From Isurus oxyrinchus (taxonomy: Eukaryota), in the NCBI GenBank assembly GCA_026770705.1, contig JANJGN010000034.1:6262001-6326000 (forward strand): a DNA stretch of 64,000 nt, given 5' to 3'. The position numbers and the translations under genes were made by a program. Each line of letters opens with the position of its first letter. The stretch's first letter is position 1. Shown here in pieces: positions 25,230 through 39,824 of this stretch. Under the pieces are notes generated by a model. It searched no databases and was not told the origin of the DNA. It worked only from the letters and a program-made list of their open reading frames with translations.

Positions 25230-26020
25230 ATGTCCGTCATAGATTAAGTCAAGTTTCTAATCAAATGTGGAGGTCAATTATTAGAAAGTACAAGTCCAAA
25301 TGTGGTAGAACAGCGAGGAATATGGGAATGAAAATGCATCAATCACTTCAGGTTGCGTCACAGGCTAGCACCGCCATATCAAGAAGCAACTCACTTCACT
25401 TTCTTTCCAAAAGGAGAACATTGAAAAGTAGGGATATTTTGCTGAGCAAACATTGATCCTTGGCAAGGCAACACGGAGATTATTGTGTGCATTTTGTCGA
25501 TGCATTATTATTTAAAATACGGGCACTGAGTAGGTTGCATTGAAGATTTACAAGGATCATACCAGGAGTGCCTGGGTTTGCAAGTGAGGAAACGATAAAC
25601 AGATCTGTTCCCTCAGGTCTTGAAAGAGTATTCTGAGAGGTAACGGATAGAGGCTTTTATAATTATGGTCAGCGTTGATAGAGTGAATATGGAGACAATT
25701 CTTCCTCTTGTGATTTGTGCATTTGAAAGGCCATTGGTATGAGATACTAACCAATAAATCGAAAAAGGGGTTTTGTGCAATCTTCTTTTCTCAAAGAGTG
25801 TTGAGAATGTAGCACAGGCTAAAACAGGGGTGGTCGAAGCGAGCTGCATTGATGCATGAAATGGACAGCCAATGAGACATGGTTGGGAGTGGGTAAGAGA
25901 GAGTTATGAAGCCAGATGTGGAAAGATGCGAGGAGACTTGAGTTAAGGCTAAACAAGCTGCATGCTGTCGGTGGGCCTAATAGCCTTTATCAGTGCCGGA
26001 TATCCTAGGTAATTCTATGT
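25230..26020 (+). mobile_element. Decayed CR1 LINE 3' fragment
   Basis: gattattgtgtgcattttg (DYCVHF), gaagatttacaaggatcataccagg (RFTRIIPG), gagaggtaacggatagaggcttttataattatg resembles RGDLIEVFKIM. Confidence 0.7.
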
Positions 26021-26306
26021 TTCGCGACTAAGTGTTTATTTATGATCAATAATCCTGTCTTCAATGTTCGGACTGGAATGTTGCATCTAATTGGATACAT
26101 GGCGCTGAGGTTGAGTTTGCTGCTTGTACATATACAACCATAACCTCTGTTTAGCTTCCCATTGGACGTGTGTGCGAATTTATCACAGTAAATACATTCT
26201 TTTCAACTCAAGGGACCAGTTCTATTTCAAAAAAGTATGTTAGACAAATATCGGGTAAAGCCATATACAGCAGAATTATTTAAATGCAAATGCAAACAGA
26301 CATGCA

Positions 26307-26495
26307 CTCTTTCTCTCTCTCTCTCCATTTCTCTCACTCTCTCTCTCTTTCTCCCGCTCCCTCACACGCACACACACGGAAACATTGACACACATAAGCA
26401 GACACACAGAAACATTGCCACATACATGCACACAAAGTGATAGAGAGAAACGGGGACACACACACACAAACACAAAATGATAGAGAAACACATAT
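26307..26495. repeat. Imperfect compound (CT)n/(CA)n microsatellite
   Basis: ctctctctctctc...cacgcacacacac...cacacacacacaaacac. Confidence 0.9.
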
Positions 26496-27423
26496 TTACA
26501 TCTAGTCACCCTTTTTACGGTTATGGTCGAATAGAATTTATCGAAATCACAAAACAATCACTATCTTGCAACAAAAATCATTTCATACAAATGCACATCT
26601 CGAGACTCTCACGTTGATTATGATTCTGTTCCAGAATAATTGCGAACAATTTGTTTTTTTTATTTTAAATGTGGTATCCATAATTTCAATTGTAAAGCAT
26701 GTTGTCATAACAATAACACATAGCATTCATTGCCAATGGAGGTCGACATTATTCTGAACTTCAGAAGAGAAGTCCCTTTCTTTATGTGGTTCGAAATTCC
26801 AGTCCAAGTCATTGGTGCTTCCACCACGTATCTGTCTGAGTTTGCTGTCTGATTTCTAGTAACCATTCGGGACTGTAAGTCCTATTACCGCTAACAACTG
26901 TACTTCTAGTTGATCCCCGATTTACAGGCACCAACATGAATGGATACATTGATTCTGGATTACTCATCATGAGTTTAATAGTTTCCTTACAGTTCTGCTG
27001 GTAAAAGGGATGCCACGAAATGTATCCGGATTAGAGCGACACTGAATGAAATTGTAATGTTTTACGCAGTTTCATTAAAATAAACTTGCATTAACTTGGG
27101 CCTTTAATGGAGCACCATGAAATAAAGTGCATGACAACTGCGTTATCAGTATAAAAATATTCATGCACAAACTTGGCCAAAGATGTGGGTTTAAAGCATC
27201 AACACAGTATTATATCGACCAATCATCATATCAGTGTATGTGTATAATGGACTTGTCCAGGCAGAAGCAACAAAAGCATGTCGGAAAATGTTAAAATTAA
27301 ACCCTTTTTGCATATCAACATAACAATTTATGGTGCAATTCCATTTTTTAAGATGTACTGTGCAGTTAATCACTCATTTGATCCTACAAAACATATTGCC
27401 CACCAAACGTTTTAATCCCCCAG

Positions 27424-27459
27424 AATGCCAAGACTTAAGGGACAGCCTTGAAGCTAAAG
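27424..27459 (+). CDS. Micro-exon E7 (36 nt): ECQDLRDSLEAK
   Basis: ttttaatcccccAG|aatgccaagacttaagggacagccttgaagctaaag|GTatat; fits size, phase and heptad pattern; donor is weakish. Confidence 0.72.
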
Positions 27460-30323
27460 GTATATGAATGCATTGTTATAATTGTCTCTTATTGTCGTTA
27501 ATATGCAGCTTCAAAAATTCTTAAAACTCGTAGTTTTGGTTAAAATGCAAGCAGCGCAGTAGAGTTCAATTGCGGATGAGTGAAATTAACCAGCGTATAA
27601 ATTACATTAAACACACTTAGAGACTTATTGAGCAAAATTGAATATAATGTGAATCGGAGGAAAGGGCGTCGGCAGATGGTGGTGCCGGATCTTTTCACTG
27701 GTTGGAGTCGGGCCGAGTTAGAAACAAGATTGTTATGTTTGTTTCTGAAGCCAATCTTGTTACACCTAGCACAGAGTTTCAGGGTTTTTCAGCGGTAATA
27801 TCTGAGTTGTACATATATTCAGCCACCCAACGTAACTTCAGGAGTGAAATTTTTCGGTGATGGTGGCAAATTCACACCTCACAAAGGCTCAAACATTCTC
27901 ACAGTGAGAAGCAGACAACATTTATTTCTGTGTTAATGATTCTCAAGGAACACGCACACCACAAAAATGCCAAAAAATAGCCATCTCCAAGAAAATGGAT
28001 GCTAAGAATCTCCTCTTGATATTTAATCGAATAAACGTTGTTGAATCCCCGTCATGAACATGCTAGGACTTACCAGTGATAAGTAACTTAACGAGACAAG
28101 CCTTATAAATACTGTAGTTGTATTAAAAAGGTCAGATGCTGATAATTTTCCCCAGATAATTCACATCCTGACTTATCAAAGCCAGTCCACCATCGCCAAT
28201 GTTCATGTAAGGAGTATGTTGGAATAAGGGATTCTCTCCAGCAGCCTGGAAGATTGTAGGTCAAGGACAATCAAAATCGGCATCATCCTGAATAATAACA
28301 GAAAGTGCTGGAAGTGTTCAGCAGGGCCACTGTAGAGGTATTTTGGTAGTTATGTGAACTACCTACAAGATGCAATTCAACATCTCGTCTAGGCTCCTAC
28401 AGCAGGCCATTCCAATTCTGCCACCTTTACTAGCAAGAACAGACAAGGCAGCAGCCATGTGTAACATCGCTGTCTTTATGATTTCATTCATGGCCCACAA
28501 CAGCATGACTTGTGCCGTTTTCGCCATTTTGTCACTACCACTAACCCATGTTTCTGGAACTCACTCCCTAATAGCAATCTGACTGTACCTCCATCACGTG
28601 CACTGCAGCGGTTGAACAAAGCAGCTATGCACCATCTTCTCGTGGTAATTAAGGAGACCCTAAATGCCAGCAACGCTCAAATCCAAAGAACAATAAAAAA
28701 GAGACCACAATTGTTGCGCTGAACAGAAATGTGTCCTCCGTACAACTCGACAGGTCTGCACTTGGAGCACTGTTCAACTTTCTCGCCCACAAATAATAGA
28801 ACATAATACATGGGTGCCTAAAGTTCAGAAAAGCATTGAACAGGTTGATGCTAGCGCACGGAGAAAGCCATTAATGGGCTCAGGTCCTATTGTCCAACAG
28901 AGGAGACATAATAGAAGTTTTGTATATTATGAAACAGTTTGATTGGCTAGTAGTATAGAACCTACTTCCATAATTGTGGAAGAAATAAACTAGCAAAATA
29001 GCAAAGGTATCTTAAGGTAGTCACGAATAAACTAAAGAAAGAAGTCAGGCTAAACATATTTACGCGGCGAGTGAGGCCAAGTTGGAATGTTCTACTAAAT
29101 GCAATGTTTCTGGGGATGAAAACAGGAAGTACTGGGAAATGTCAACCGGCCTGACAGCACCTGTGGAGAGAGAAACACGGTTAAAATTTTGAGTCAAATA
29201 TGACTCTTTGGAGCTGCAGAAGTAGAAATGTGAATGGTCGAATTATTTTTTAAAAAGTGGGTAGAGACAGGTGGAGCACAACAGAAAGTCAGAGAGAGGT
29301 GAGAGAGCGCACCAGAAAAAATGAGAAAAATGTCATGGAAGATCATTTAAGGCAGTTGTAATGATTTTAAAGGAACAAAGCTTGATCGGAGTCGGTATTT
29401 ATAGCAGGAAAAGAACTGGAGCAGAATAACATGAGCATTTGAGACATGAGGCTGAGAGGCAAAGCTGCTTAAAAACATGCCATAGAGTAGAAACGAATGG
29501 GTATGACCGCCGAGTGAGATGAATTAGCCTGGGAGGAGTGCAGTGGGAAATATAATTATCAAGATACTCTTGCTGTGCCGAATTACAAGAACTGTTAACA
29601 TTTCCACTGATATTAACTCTCGCAAAATAAGCTAATATCATTATGATAGAATAATAGAATGTTCAAAACAAAATGATCCCATATCTGCACAGTCTTATTG
29701 AAAATATTTGCCCTTTACCCTGCATTTCTCTCAAATGCAAGTAGTTATTTACCTCCCTTTTGAATGTTCCTGTTAGATTTCCTTCACCACCCTTTCAGAC
29801 AGTCTATTCTAGATCATAACTGATCACTGTGCTTATGGCATCCGCTTATCTTAGCTCTCGTTCCTCTCAGATGCCTTTAAACTGCCTCCATTGGTTACTG
29901 ATAGTTCTGCAGAGAGAAACATTTCTCCGTATTTAATATCCCAGAATTTGCTGATTTAAAATCCTGTTATTGATGCATTAAACGTGCTCTGCAGGGATAA
30001 ATACCAAGTTGCCATGTATCCCAAATAAATTAATTTCTCATTGCTGCCATCATTCTATTACCTACCCTCTGCATAGTTAGCTCCTCATCAACATCCCTCT
30101 GAATGTGTAGTGGGTACAATCGGAAATAATATCTGAATATAGCTGAGGCCGAATAAATGAGTTATTAGATATGAGCATGATAGACTAATATTTTGTAGTT
30201 CCTCAAATAAAAAAAAAGTCGAGTTGGCGTGATAATCAAGTAGTGAGGTATTTTTTGTGCACAAATCTGACAACACTTGCTTCAAATATTATTAACACGA
30301 TGAATATGTTTTGTTCCTTTTAG

Positions 30324-30350
30324 ATCAAGCATTAGCAAGGAAAGACAAAG
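30324..30350 (+). CDS. Micro-exon E8 (27 nt, GC donor): DQALARKDK
   Basis: ttttgttccttttAG|atcaagcattagcaaggaaagacaaag|GCgagt; strong acceptor, non-canonical GC donor in near-consensus context. Confidence 0.72.
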
Positions 30351-31239
30351 GCGAGTTATTTTATATTATTCTATGTATTGCATAAAATTTTCAACGTTTT
30401 AACTTATGTATTTGTTTCATTGTTTCTCTTTCCTGGGTTTTGAGCGTTGCAGAACAGTCCAGCATTTGGTTTCCATCCTTAGTGGCACTTGGGTTAAAAA
30501 AAAAACAATCATAGTACTAGGAGTCTCATTTTGGCCAGACCCGGTACGTAAGATATATTACCTCACCTAAAGGGCATCCATGACAGTTACCAATATCATC
30601 GAGACCATGACTAACTATAGTTCATATTCCAGGTTAATGAATGTAATTTAGAGTTGCAAGAACTACCACAGTGGGATTTCAATCAATGTTCTCAGTGTAT
30701 TGCTAAGCCAGTTGAAACTCCACCCAGCTACAAGATCAAAGTTTTCTTGCAGGTTACCAGAAAATGGGGTTATAAACAGCCATGTTCCTTCAGCATTATC
30801 ATTTGATACGTTATTATAAGAAGCAATTTATTGCTCTGATTCCGTTTCCAAGTTCACATAGTCCCTTGCGTGGTCATCGCTACTTTAAGCACCTACTTGA
30901 CGTTTGCCTATGGTTTGTGTTTCTTGCAATGGTCGATGTAGTTTCGTAGAATAAACACGTGGAAAAAAATATTTTATAATGCTGATGAAAGATTAGACTT
31001 TTCACGAAGGGGGTCGATTGCGAAAACCTGTAAGCTCATTTCACAGGTGTACAAATCTCTGGGTTCACACATTTTAGAACATTCGGTTCATTTCAGGGAA
31101 ACAAACATCAGGAAGGATATACTGAGCTTCAAATAAGTGCAGCAGTTATTCTTTAGAGCATACCTGGACTAGAGGTGCTGAACACAAACCAGCCTAACGA
31201 TAAGTTTTTTTTTTCTCAAAAAAAACGAAAGCTCTTGGT

Positions 31240-31560
31240 GACTTGCACTACAGCATCTTCCAAATCACTCGACCCTTACAACCGAGCAGGACAAGGGCTG
31301 TAGTTGCATTGAAACACCACCACCTGCAGCTTTCCCTCCAAGCCACACAACATCCTAACTTGGAAATATGTAGCAGTTTATTCACCATCACTAGACCAAA
31401 ACCGTGGATTCCTTCCCTAACAACACTATGTATATACCTAAACAAAATGGACTGCAGCAGTTCAAGAATGCAGCACACCACTGCCTTTTCAAGGGCAATC
31501 AGGGAAGGGTCATAAATGCTGGCCCAGCCGCGATACCTAAAGCCAAAGAAAGAAGAATAC
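31240..31560 (+). mobile_element. 3' end fragment of the same LINE family as 7790-9990
   Basis: ggactgcagcagttcaagaatgcagcacaccactgccttttcaagggcaatcagggaagggtcataaatgctggcccagcc resembles the tails at ~9880-9960 and ~41930-42010. Confidence 0.7.
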
Positions 31561-31939
31561 AATGAAAAGACATGGACCGTAACTGCCTCATTCAACAATT
31601 GACTAGAGTATCTCTTTCACTATGTCTAGCATTTACTCTTTCACCAATAATTACCATATAAACAGTACCTCTCACTTAATGTGCATCACACCCTTGCACA
31701 AGTTATGCTATCACTTACGCCATGGTTGTTGCTCATTCTTTCCCACAAAACTGTTTTACTGAGGTCCCTGGCCGATATATGTTGGTTCCTTCTCTCACAA
31801 GGTAGTGAGTTAAGAGAAACCGTATTCTTCTTTGAAACTGTCCATCTTAATTGCGATATTTGATAGATGATTTTTGAGTGGTCTTTTCAAAAATTTGTCA
31901 AGGCAACCATTAAACAAACCTGTCCCATATTCCTAACAG

Positions 31940-31975
31940 AATTAGAAAAACAACGAAAGAGTAACTTGGACTGTG
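31940..31975 (+). CDS. Micro-exon E9 (36 nt): ELEKQRKSNLDC
   Basis: cccatattcctaacAG|aattagaaaaacaacgaaagagtaacttggactgtg|GTgagt. Confidence 0.85.
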
Positions 31976-33360
31976 GTGAGTGCAAGAATATTGGGATCAT
32001 TGTCGTTATTCATAGGCATGCAACTAGCACATTCATTTGACGGCAGTGACATGTCCATCTTCCTCTAGAGGATGTGTTTCTGCTAGGCTACTAGGATGGT
32101 TTGGATATCAGTTGCAATTGTGTATAATTCCATGACATCGAATGGTATAAGAAACAGAACTGGATAGGTTACAAATATTCAGTGAAAAATCATTGAAAAA
32201 ATCTGAGCGACTCTGATCTCATTATGGTAGACGTTTGTATTGGGAAGATGCATAAAAATCTTGTTATTTGATTGACTGCAGTAATTTCCGTCAATAATAG
32301 ATTCCAATGGCTACAATGGACCTCAATATTGGGCAGCATGTGATGCGATAACTGGCAAGAAAAATAATCTAACTTAACCTGGATTTCTTCTGTCTAACGA
32401 AAGTCTCCACAAATGACTCAAAGCAACAAAAGTGTGAGCACACCTCTCAGATGGAGCAATTAGGAAACATTGCCTAAATATCGAGTACTCCGGTAGTGTG
32501 GGTCGTATATATGGCTCCTCAAGTCCCTGGGGAGAAGCATGATCCCATAGATTCCCTATTACAAAATGAGCATGTTGCAATTGTTCTACTCATGCTGAGC
32601 ATGAAGCAGAAAGTCTGAGCCCCAGACAAATTGCGAACACCAGAGCTTGAAGAACCAAAATATTTGGTGGCTTTCAAAACACATCAGATTTAATGCCTGT
32701 GCAAAGATTACAATTTATTTCAGCCACCAAGTTATCACAATTGCAAATTTTTCAAGTTGCAACTTATGAAGATTCAAACGTCAAACACCGTAAAATTATG
32801 TCAGGTTGATGTTCCAGTTAGTAAAAATTGTAAAACAGGTTGAAAGGCTTTGTATACTCTATAACGTGTTGTTCTGTATTATACTCTCAGACTTGATTAA
32901 GTTGGCAGCACTATCACCCCTGAATCAAAACGTCATAGTTTCAAATCCTACATACAACAATGGAACCATAACATGGACGGAAAATTGATTGACGAAATGA
33001 AGCACTGCTGCACTCTAGAGGAATGTTGTCATTTGGGAGAAACAAGAAACATGATCTTGGGTTAACTTCTTAGCGTCAATGAAAAAGATCTCAAGGCTGT
33101 ATTTCAAATGAGTGCAAGGGTGTTCACAGTACAAAATAATTTCCTCAAATACTTTAACTAAAAGAAACTAAGAAAAAGTAGTGTTACTGTCAATTATCTC
33201 TTTGCTTATTGTTGGAGCTGAAAACACAGAAACTTGCACCTGCAACTTCGCTGGCCATAGGTTCTGGGTCCGTCTGAATCAACGGAGATTGTTACATGGT
33301 TGCACCGCTTCACGTTTCCTGACATTTATATTGCTTATTCCCCCGTTCTGGCTCCATTAG

Positions 33361-33387
33361 GAAAGGCTTTAAAGGATAAGGAGGCTG
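33361..33387 (+). CDS. Micro-exon E10 (27 nt): GKALKDKEA
   Basis: ttctggctccattAG|gaaaggctttaaaggataaggaggctg|GTaagt. Confidence 0.85.
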
Positions 33388-36300
33388 GTAAGTGCGTAGA
33401 TACATTTCTTGCCATTGGGTAGGTTTTATTATATCGTACCTTTTCTGAATGACATTAGGGCAATCAGCTCTGACTGATTTTGTGGCATATCGGTTATATG
33501 ACTGGCATAATAAAATTTACAGATTGGAAGCTAGCTAACTTCAATGGATGATAGACGATGCAGCATTGTAAGAAAAATGGAAGTAAAGCCTGACAGGAAA
33601 AACTGTAATAAAAATTCAGTGATCTGTATGGAGGAGATCCATCAGTTACAGATTAGTTTCATAGTGACATATAGATTATGATGGGAAGAATTTTTAAAGT
33701 TTAATACATGTCAACTTTGTTCTTAAAGAAATAAAAACTGCCAAATAAGTTACTTTCAGAAACGAAGTGAGGAAGAAATAAAAGCTCTGAAAGTAAGAAT
33801 GCTAGACTATAATGGAATTTGAAACGGAAGAAAACTGTACAAACATGTAATGGTCGGTAAATAACAAGCAGTTCATAACAGCTGGTGTGAGGCAAAGAGG
33901 CTGGCATTGCTTAGAACTCCAAGGCAAGTCTTTGATACTTCATGAGCATTTTGTATAGGGTCATATGAAGGATAAGAATGTTGACAAAATATTGCTTTAA
34001 GCCGATGTGGTAAAGTTAATGTATAGAGCTTTACTTGATAGGCAAGTTGTGCTCTAATGTCTGATGATATGCAGAGTAAGTACATCATCTACTCTCGATG
34101 GCTTGCCATGCTGGTTGAAAAGGAAAGCGAGGTGAAAACAGTGGAAGCTATTCCACATCTTCCAATGTTGCCAGCGAAATGGAGAGGAGCAATAGGATTG
34201 TAGATTGAAAGACTGTAGAAGGATGTGTTTTAGAGTAATCCTACAGACCACAGGCTGTGGTATTTAACCTAGGTTTTGAGTAAGATCTTAGAAACAAAAT
34301 TCTGAGTAAATGAACACGCAATTGCAGAGTTTGGAGTTAGGTAAGGAGAACAAGCATGGATTTGGAAAAGCCATGTTGTGTGACAAATCCCATAGGATCA
34401 TAGAATGGCAACAACAAAAAAATAGCCCTTCCAGTCCATTATGTCAGTGCCGGATATTTGAAAGAGAAACTCACTTGGCACTACCCCACTGCCTTTCCTC
34501 CCTTACTCTGATGATGTCTCCTTCAGATCAAAATGTCATTAATTTTGAAGGCCACCTTTGAACCTGCCTCCATCACATTGTCATACTTTGCATTCCAGAT
34601 CCGGAGCATTAGCTTCCCAGAAAAAAAAAATAACTATTTTTTTTGTTCTTTTTCACTTCAACATAAATTCGTGCCCATTGTTCTCCATCTTTCCACAAAA
34701 GGGAATGGTGTTTCCCTCTCTAAATGGTTCAAGCTCTTCAGGTAGAACTCTAATAAGTATGTTGTCAACCTTTTCTTCGCAAAGGAGAAAAGCTCATGTT
34801 TATCTATTTTATCCGCTAGATAGATCCCTCTTACAAGCAAACATTCAATTAAATCTTGTTACGCTCCCCAACATTCCATAACGTCTAAAATGTAGTGACC
34901 GGAAATTAAATCAATTGAGGTCATACCGGTGTTCTATAAATATTCGCAGGGTCTTCCTTGCTTTTACGACCCATGTCTCAATATTAAAGCCGAGATTATG
35001 TTATGCCTTATTACGTCAAGGCAGTATGCATTATTAGGGCGTCTGCACATGTAATTCCAGGGCCCAATGCTCTTGTACAGTTTGTAACTCCTACCCTTAA
35101 TTTGATTTTGTTTCTCCTCGCTCACATCACACCACACTGCTCTGCACTGAATTTCATCAACGACGAATCTACAGGCATTGCTACCTTATGTCCCATTGGA
35201 AACTGTACAAATCTTCATCGCAGTTCACAATGGTTCCAAGTTTTCCTGGCATCTTAATTTTTTGCATGTGATTTCATTTTGCACAATAGGTCATTAACCC
35301 AGATAAAGCCACCCTGTCGCCTTAATACATTTCGCAGCTCCTCTGAGTACCTTCCACTTATCTGAAAAAAAGTGTAGATCGCGACTTTCTGTTTTCTGTC
35401 AATCACCCAGCACCTATCTGTGGGGACACTATCCCTTTTATTGCAGGCCATTTAATTGTGCTGAAAAGACTGTTGCCGGCAACTTTACCAAACAAGTTTT
35501 GGTAATCTGAGTACATGACGTCAACGCCAATGTCGGCATCAAGTCTCTCTTTCTTATCTCGTCTACAAAGAGCAATAAAATTACTTAACCATGATTTGCT
35601 GCTCAATATGCGTGCTATAACTCGTTAATTATTCTGTATTTTTCCAAAAGTAGTCACCTTGTCCAGAATTATCATTGGTCACATCTTGCCCAACAGCGCG
35701 AGAAGCTGGCTGTCTCTAGTTGCTGTCCTACCTTTGCATGCTTTGTTTTAAACAATGATTGAACATTTGCAATTCTCCAGCCCTCGGTTTATAATAAATG
35801 CTGGCGATTATTTACAGTATCACCAAAATGACCGCTCTTACCTCCCTTCATTTCCTCTGATACATCTGATCCCAGTATGATAACTTGTCAACCTTTAATA
35901 GAACCAGCAATTCTAGTGCCCAGGCTTTTTAATTCTTAACCCATATCGTTTTCAACCAATCCTGCCTCCATGTTTAAGCATTTTCTCCCTGATATTTTAC
36001 AAAAAACATTGCAGCATATTCTTCCTTGCTATTATCGAAAGCAATATAGTTCTTTCGAACCTCAGTCAAGCACTCTGTTCGCTGCATAGAATCTTGTTTG
36101 CAAACTAGTCGAACGCGCTCCGACATTCAGGGCATCTTAATATGTGCATTGAGCGATGGAAAACGTTTTTGTATCCCGTTTATGTTGATTGTCGCTCGGT
36201 TTTCACCCTCAACTTTTGCTTATTTTCATAGTTCTCAATTTCCACCTGACCTCATATAATAAGCCACATTCTAGACTTTAATGCCATCTTGAAATCTCCT

Positions 36301-38766
36301 ATAAACACAGTTTCTTTTGTTTCATCTTATTCTCTTAACTCTCTGCATAACCAGTAAATATGCAGGTAATTATGATCTCCCATTTTGATTACTTTACTGT
36401 TATAGCTCTTCTTCTAAGTTCTAACTTCCCTATCTTTCCTGAACACACTGTATCCGAGAATATTTGATGCCCATCTCTGTCCTTCCTTGACACAGTATCA
36501 GATTTCCACTTTGCAATATGCGTCATAACTCACCTGCATTATATACACATGCTGAACATTTAGACCAATAGGCGGTACCCCTCATTTCAATTTACATTTT
36601 TCAGTATATGATATAGGATGGAAACTTATTTATGTAATGCATTTGTCTGGTTTTATTATATAGTTGTTCAATGTAAACACTATTCAATATTTAGCAGGAT
36701 AATCCCCCAAATTACAGCTCGAAACCTGATCTCACTAAATATTTTTTGATTAAATAGTCAATGAAGCAGCAGGAAGTTAAATGAGTAGATGCAGTGAATG
36801 TTGAATTTTACTCAGCCTTTTTTAAAAAGTTGATATATTTATTTATTAAGGACAGGGGCTGATGTTTATTTAACCTTGAATGTGGAAGGACATTTTTTAG
36901 AGAGGATTTCCGAAACCAAGTAAGATAGTGACCTTCATAAATAGAGAAAGTGAATATTTTTTTTCATGGAATTTATGTGAAACCTCGAAAAAGCTCTGAT
37001 TCTGCACCAACTAGAGCATTGATTCCCATGCTGGTCAGCAGCATTCAGGATGGATTCAAGGGTTCTGGTAAGGATAGAGTGGAGATTTACCTCATGGCTC
37101 GAGTGGTATTAGCTGCAATATCGGGTTGGAGAGTGTGAAGAGGTAGTGCTCGCAGGGAAACAGATTAAGGAGAGATTTGACTGGGGTGTGGAAAGTTATT
37201 GAAGTGTTGAAGAGATTAGACTAACTGTTCCAACTAGCTGTTTGTATTGCAGTCGTCGGATAACGGTTTTTAAAAGAGACTCAGAGGCAGTGAAGAAGGA
37301 CATCTTTTTTTCCCGAGCGAGTTTTAATGAACTGGTGCTTACTGCCTATGCACGTGATCTAATTGGAGAAGATCAATGGTTTAGAAAAGGAAATTGACGG
37401 GCACCTGGGTGAAATAAACGTGTGGGGTGCAGAGAATTTTTGGAGAATTAGCTGACTGGATTTATCGGCAGAAACTCGAGGTGCACTTGATCAAAAGAAT
37501 GGCTTCCCTCTGTACCCTGATGATTCTTTTTGTTCAGGAATTCCAAACAAGCGGACATTTTTTTTTACATTCTGTCATGAGATGTGGGCGTAGCTGGTTA
37601 TGCCAGCACTTATTGCTCATCCCTAATTGGCGTCTTTCTGGGGCATTTAAGCGTCAACTACATTGTTGTGGTCATGGAGTCACGTGTAGGGCTAACCAGG
37701 TAAGGGCGACGGATTTCCTTCCCTGAAGAACATTAGTGAATCACATTGTTTTTCATAGCAATCGGCTATGGTTAAGTAGTAACCTTCAGATTTTTCATTC
37801 AATGTTTTAATTGAACTCAAAGTGCACCATTTTACCATGGTGGGAATCGAACTTAGTTCCCTAGAGCATACTTATGAATCTCTGGAATTCACGCCAGTGA
37901 CATTAACATTAAGGGTAGAGTTTTGAATTTGAAGGGTGATATAACGAAGATCTGGAAATAAAAAAAATAATTTGTAAAAATTGTCGAACTGTCGAATGGA
38001 AAGATATTCAACGAGGCTATTAATTCCATTGTCCCTATGTATGTCCTTTGGTAAAGATTTGCAATTGGCCGCAATTCCTTCTATTCCCACAAAGGAATTA
38101 CTTTCCCCTCAGGAATTTCAATGAGCTGATGAATCTTCTTTCCCCAAACTTTGGTTAAGTGAAATCCAGATCACATCACCTTGCTGCTTCACAAAATACA
38201 TGCCTTCATAACAAGTCGGATCTTTTGAATTAATTTGTAAACATATTTCCGCGTCGTGCCCACTATTATGGCATTGGACTTTTTTTATTAAGCAAATAAA
38301 AACCTTTCATTATTAAAAATAACATTGTTTATCCTTTTGAACGTATCCTGTTCAAAGGACCGTAATCCCCATTTCTCCTATGTGGTCACATAACTAAAGA
38401 TTCTCTGCGATGGTACAATTGAACTGAACTTGCATTGTACTATGCCCAGGTCTTTGACATCCTCCTTAGACTTTAGTACCCAGAACTGTCGTCAGCTCAG
38501 TGTTTTCCTTGGGATAACGTTTCCTCAGAGAAAGAGTGCAGGAATCCTTGAATTCTATAGTGGAATTAAAATGTTCAGGTGATGCCATTGAAGGGCTATT
38601 GATGGATTTTTAATGTGCTATAAATTTATTAATATGACAGAATCAGGACTCGTAGTTGAATCCAGCATGATACAGCTGAATGGTGGAAATGCGCAGGGAG
38701 CTTTCTGGACCATTCATGTTCCTCTGATCGCTGTGATTTATGCTTGTGGTTTCTTTCATGTGACAG

Positions 38767-38802
38767 AATTGCAGAAAACGAGGGAGATCTGCCAACAACA
38801 TG
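38767..38802 (+). CDS. Micro-exon E11 (36 nt): ELQKTREICQQH
   Basis: tttctttcatgtgacAG|aattgcagaaaacgagggagatctgccaacaacatg|GTtagt. Confidence 0.75.
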
Positions 38803-39279
38803 GTTAGTAGAAAGGAAAATATTAAATTTGACAAGTGATGATTATCTCATTTTCTGTTTCCTCATTCTTACTTTACCCGTAGGAAAGTGTCAAATTGGGG
38901 ATTTTTTTTGTTTAGTTTTCTGTAATAACTTGTCAGTACAATGTATATGTTTCTCTACGATCGCTGCACAGTCTTTAAATAAAAGGCATGACAATATGTA
39001 AACTGTTTTTAGCTTCACAAAAGTCACCGCTGCACTCGTCTAAATATGGAAAACTCTACATAATTCATTGAATCCATCAGCAATTACATATAGTGTGTGG
39101 TGTACATTCAACAATCATGTAATCCGTCTCAAGAGCAATGAAGGGATGGGCAATAAATCCTGGCCTAGCATCGGTTAACCTCATCCTGAGAACGAGTATT
39201 TTTTTAAAAAGACATTAATCCAACTGCCATAAAATCAAGACACATCCACGTCGACAGACACCGTACCGCTGCCTATACG

Positions 39280-39620
39280 CATTAGCTGCTGAAAGCTATT
39301 GTAACCTCGAAGCCGTCCAAGGCTCTGCTGCTCTCATCCTAACTGTCACAATCTCTTGTCATCCATCACTTCTTTTTTCGCTGACCTACATGGGATACCT
39401 CCTAAGTAATGTACGCTTTTTTAAATGCTCATCCCTATTTTGAAATCCCTCCATGTCCTCACCACGAGCACTGTAAATTCCTCCAATCGACAACTCTCAA
39501 GTACGTTTGTGTTGTTCTAATTCAGCCAACTTTGGCACTATCGAACCTGATTTCTCCACTGTTAATCTCCATGCCATTAGGCCACTGGGATATAAGATCT
39601 AGAATCACCTGCCTACAATT
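39280..39620 (+). mobile_element. Decayed L2-like LINE 3' fragment
   Basis: caaggctctgctgctctcatcctaact...ccatcacttcttttttcgctgacctacatggg resembles L2 QNSAARIL...PITPVLADLHWL. Confidence 0.55.
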
Positions 39621-39824
39621 GTCTGTCTTTCTGCCTCTGAATCTTAACTGGATTCTCCATAAAGTATCGTATACCCCGATGTCTCCTTACTGAGCCACTG
39701 TAACACCTTATTTATTGAAAACCATTGAATTTTCTACATAATTCTGATTTCAAAGTAAAAATGAAATGCAGGTTGGTTTTCTTTTTGGTTCTGAAACTAG
39801 TCATTATTTTCATGGCCTTAATAG

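Noticed and set aside
36768-36800. agcaggaagttaaatgagtagatgcagtgaatg (and 2452-2484) resembles E14 plus its downstream flank; possible dead exon
   Set aside because: No usable acceptor/donor pair giving an open phase-1 frame in either copy, and the alternation is complete without it; may be a relic but cannot be supported
37919-37954. 36-nt stretch loosely resembling the KLKxDI exon motif (also ~3605-3640)
   Set aside because: In-frame TGA in phase 1, no GT donor and no pyrimidine tract
38883-38909. Strong acceptor (ctttacccgtAG) followed by 27 nt and gtttag
   Set aside because: Ends in T rather than G, weak donor, peptide (GKCQIGDFF) does not fit the heptad pattern, and E12 already fills this slot
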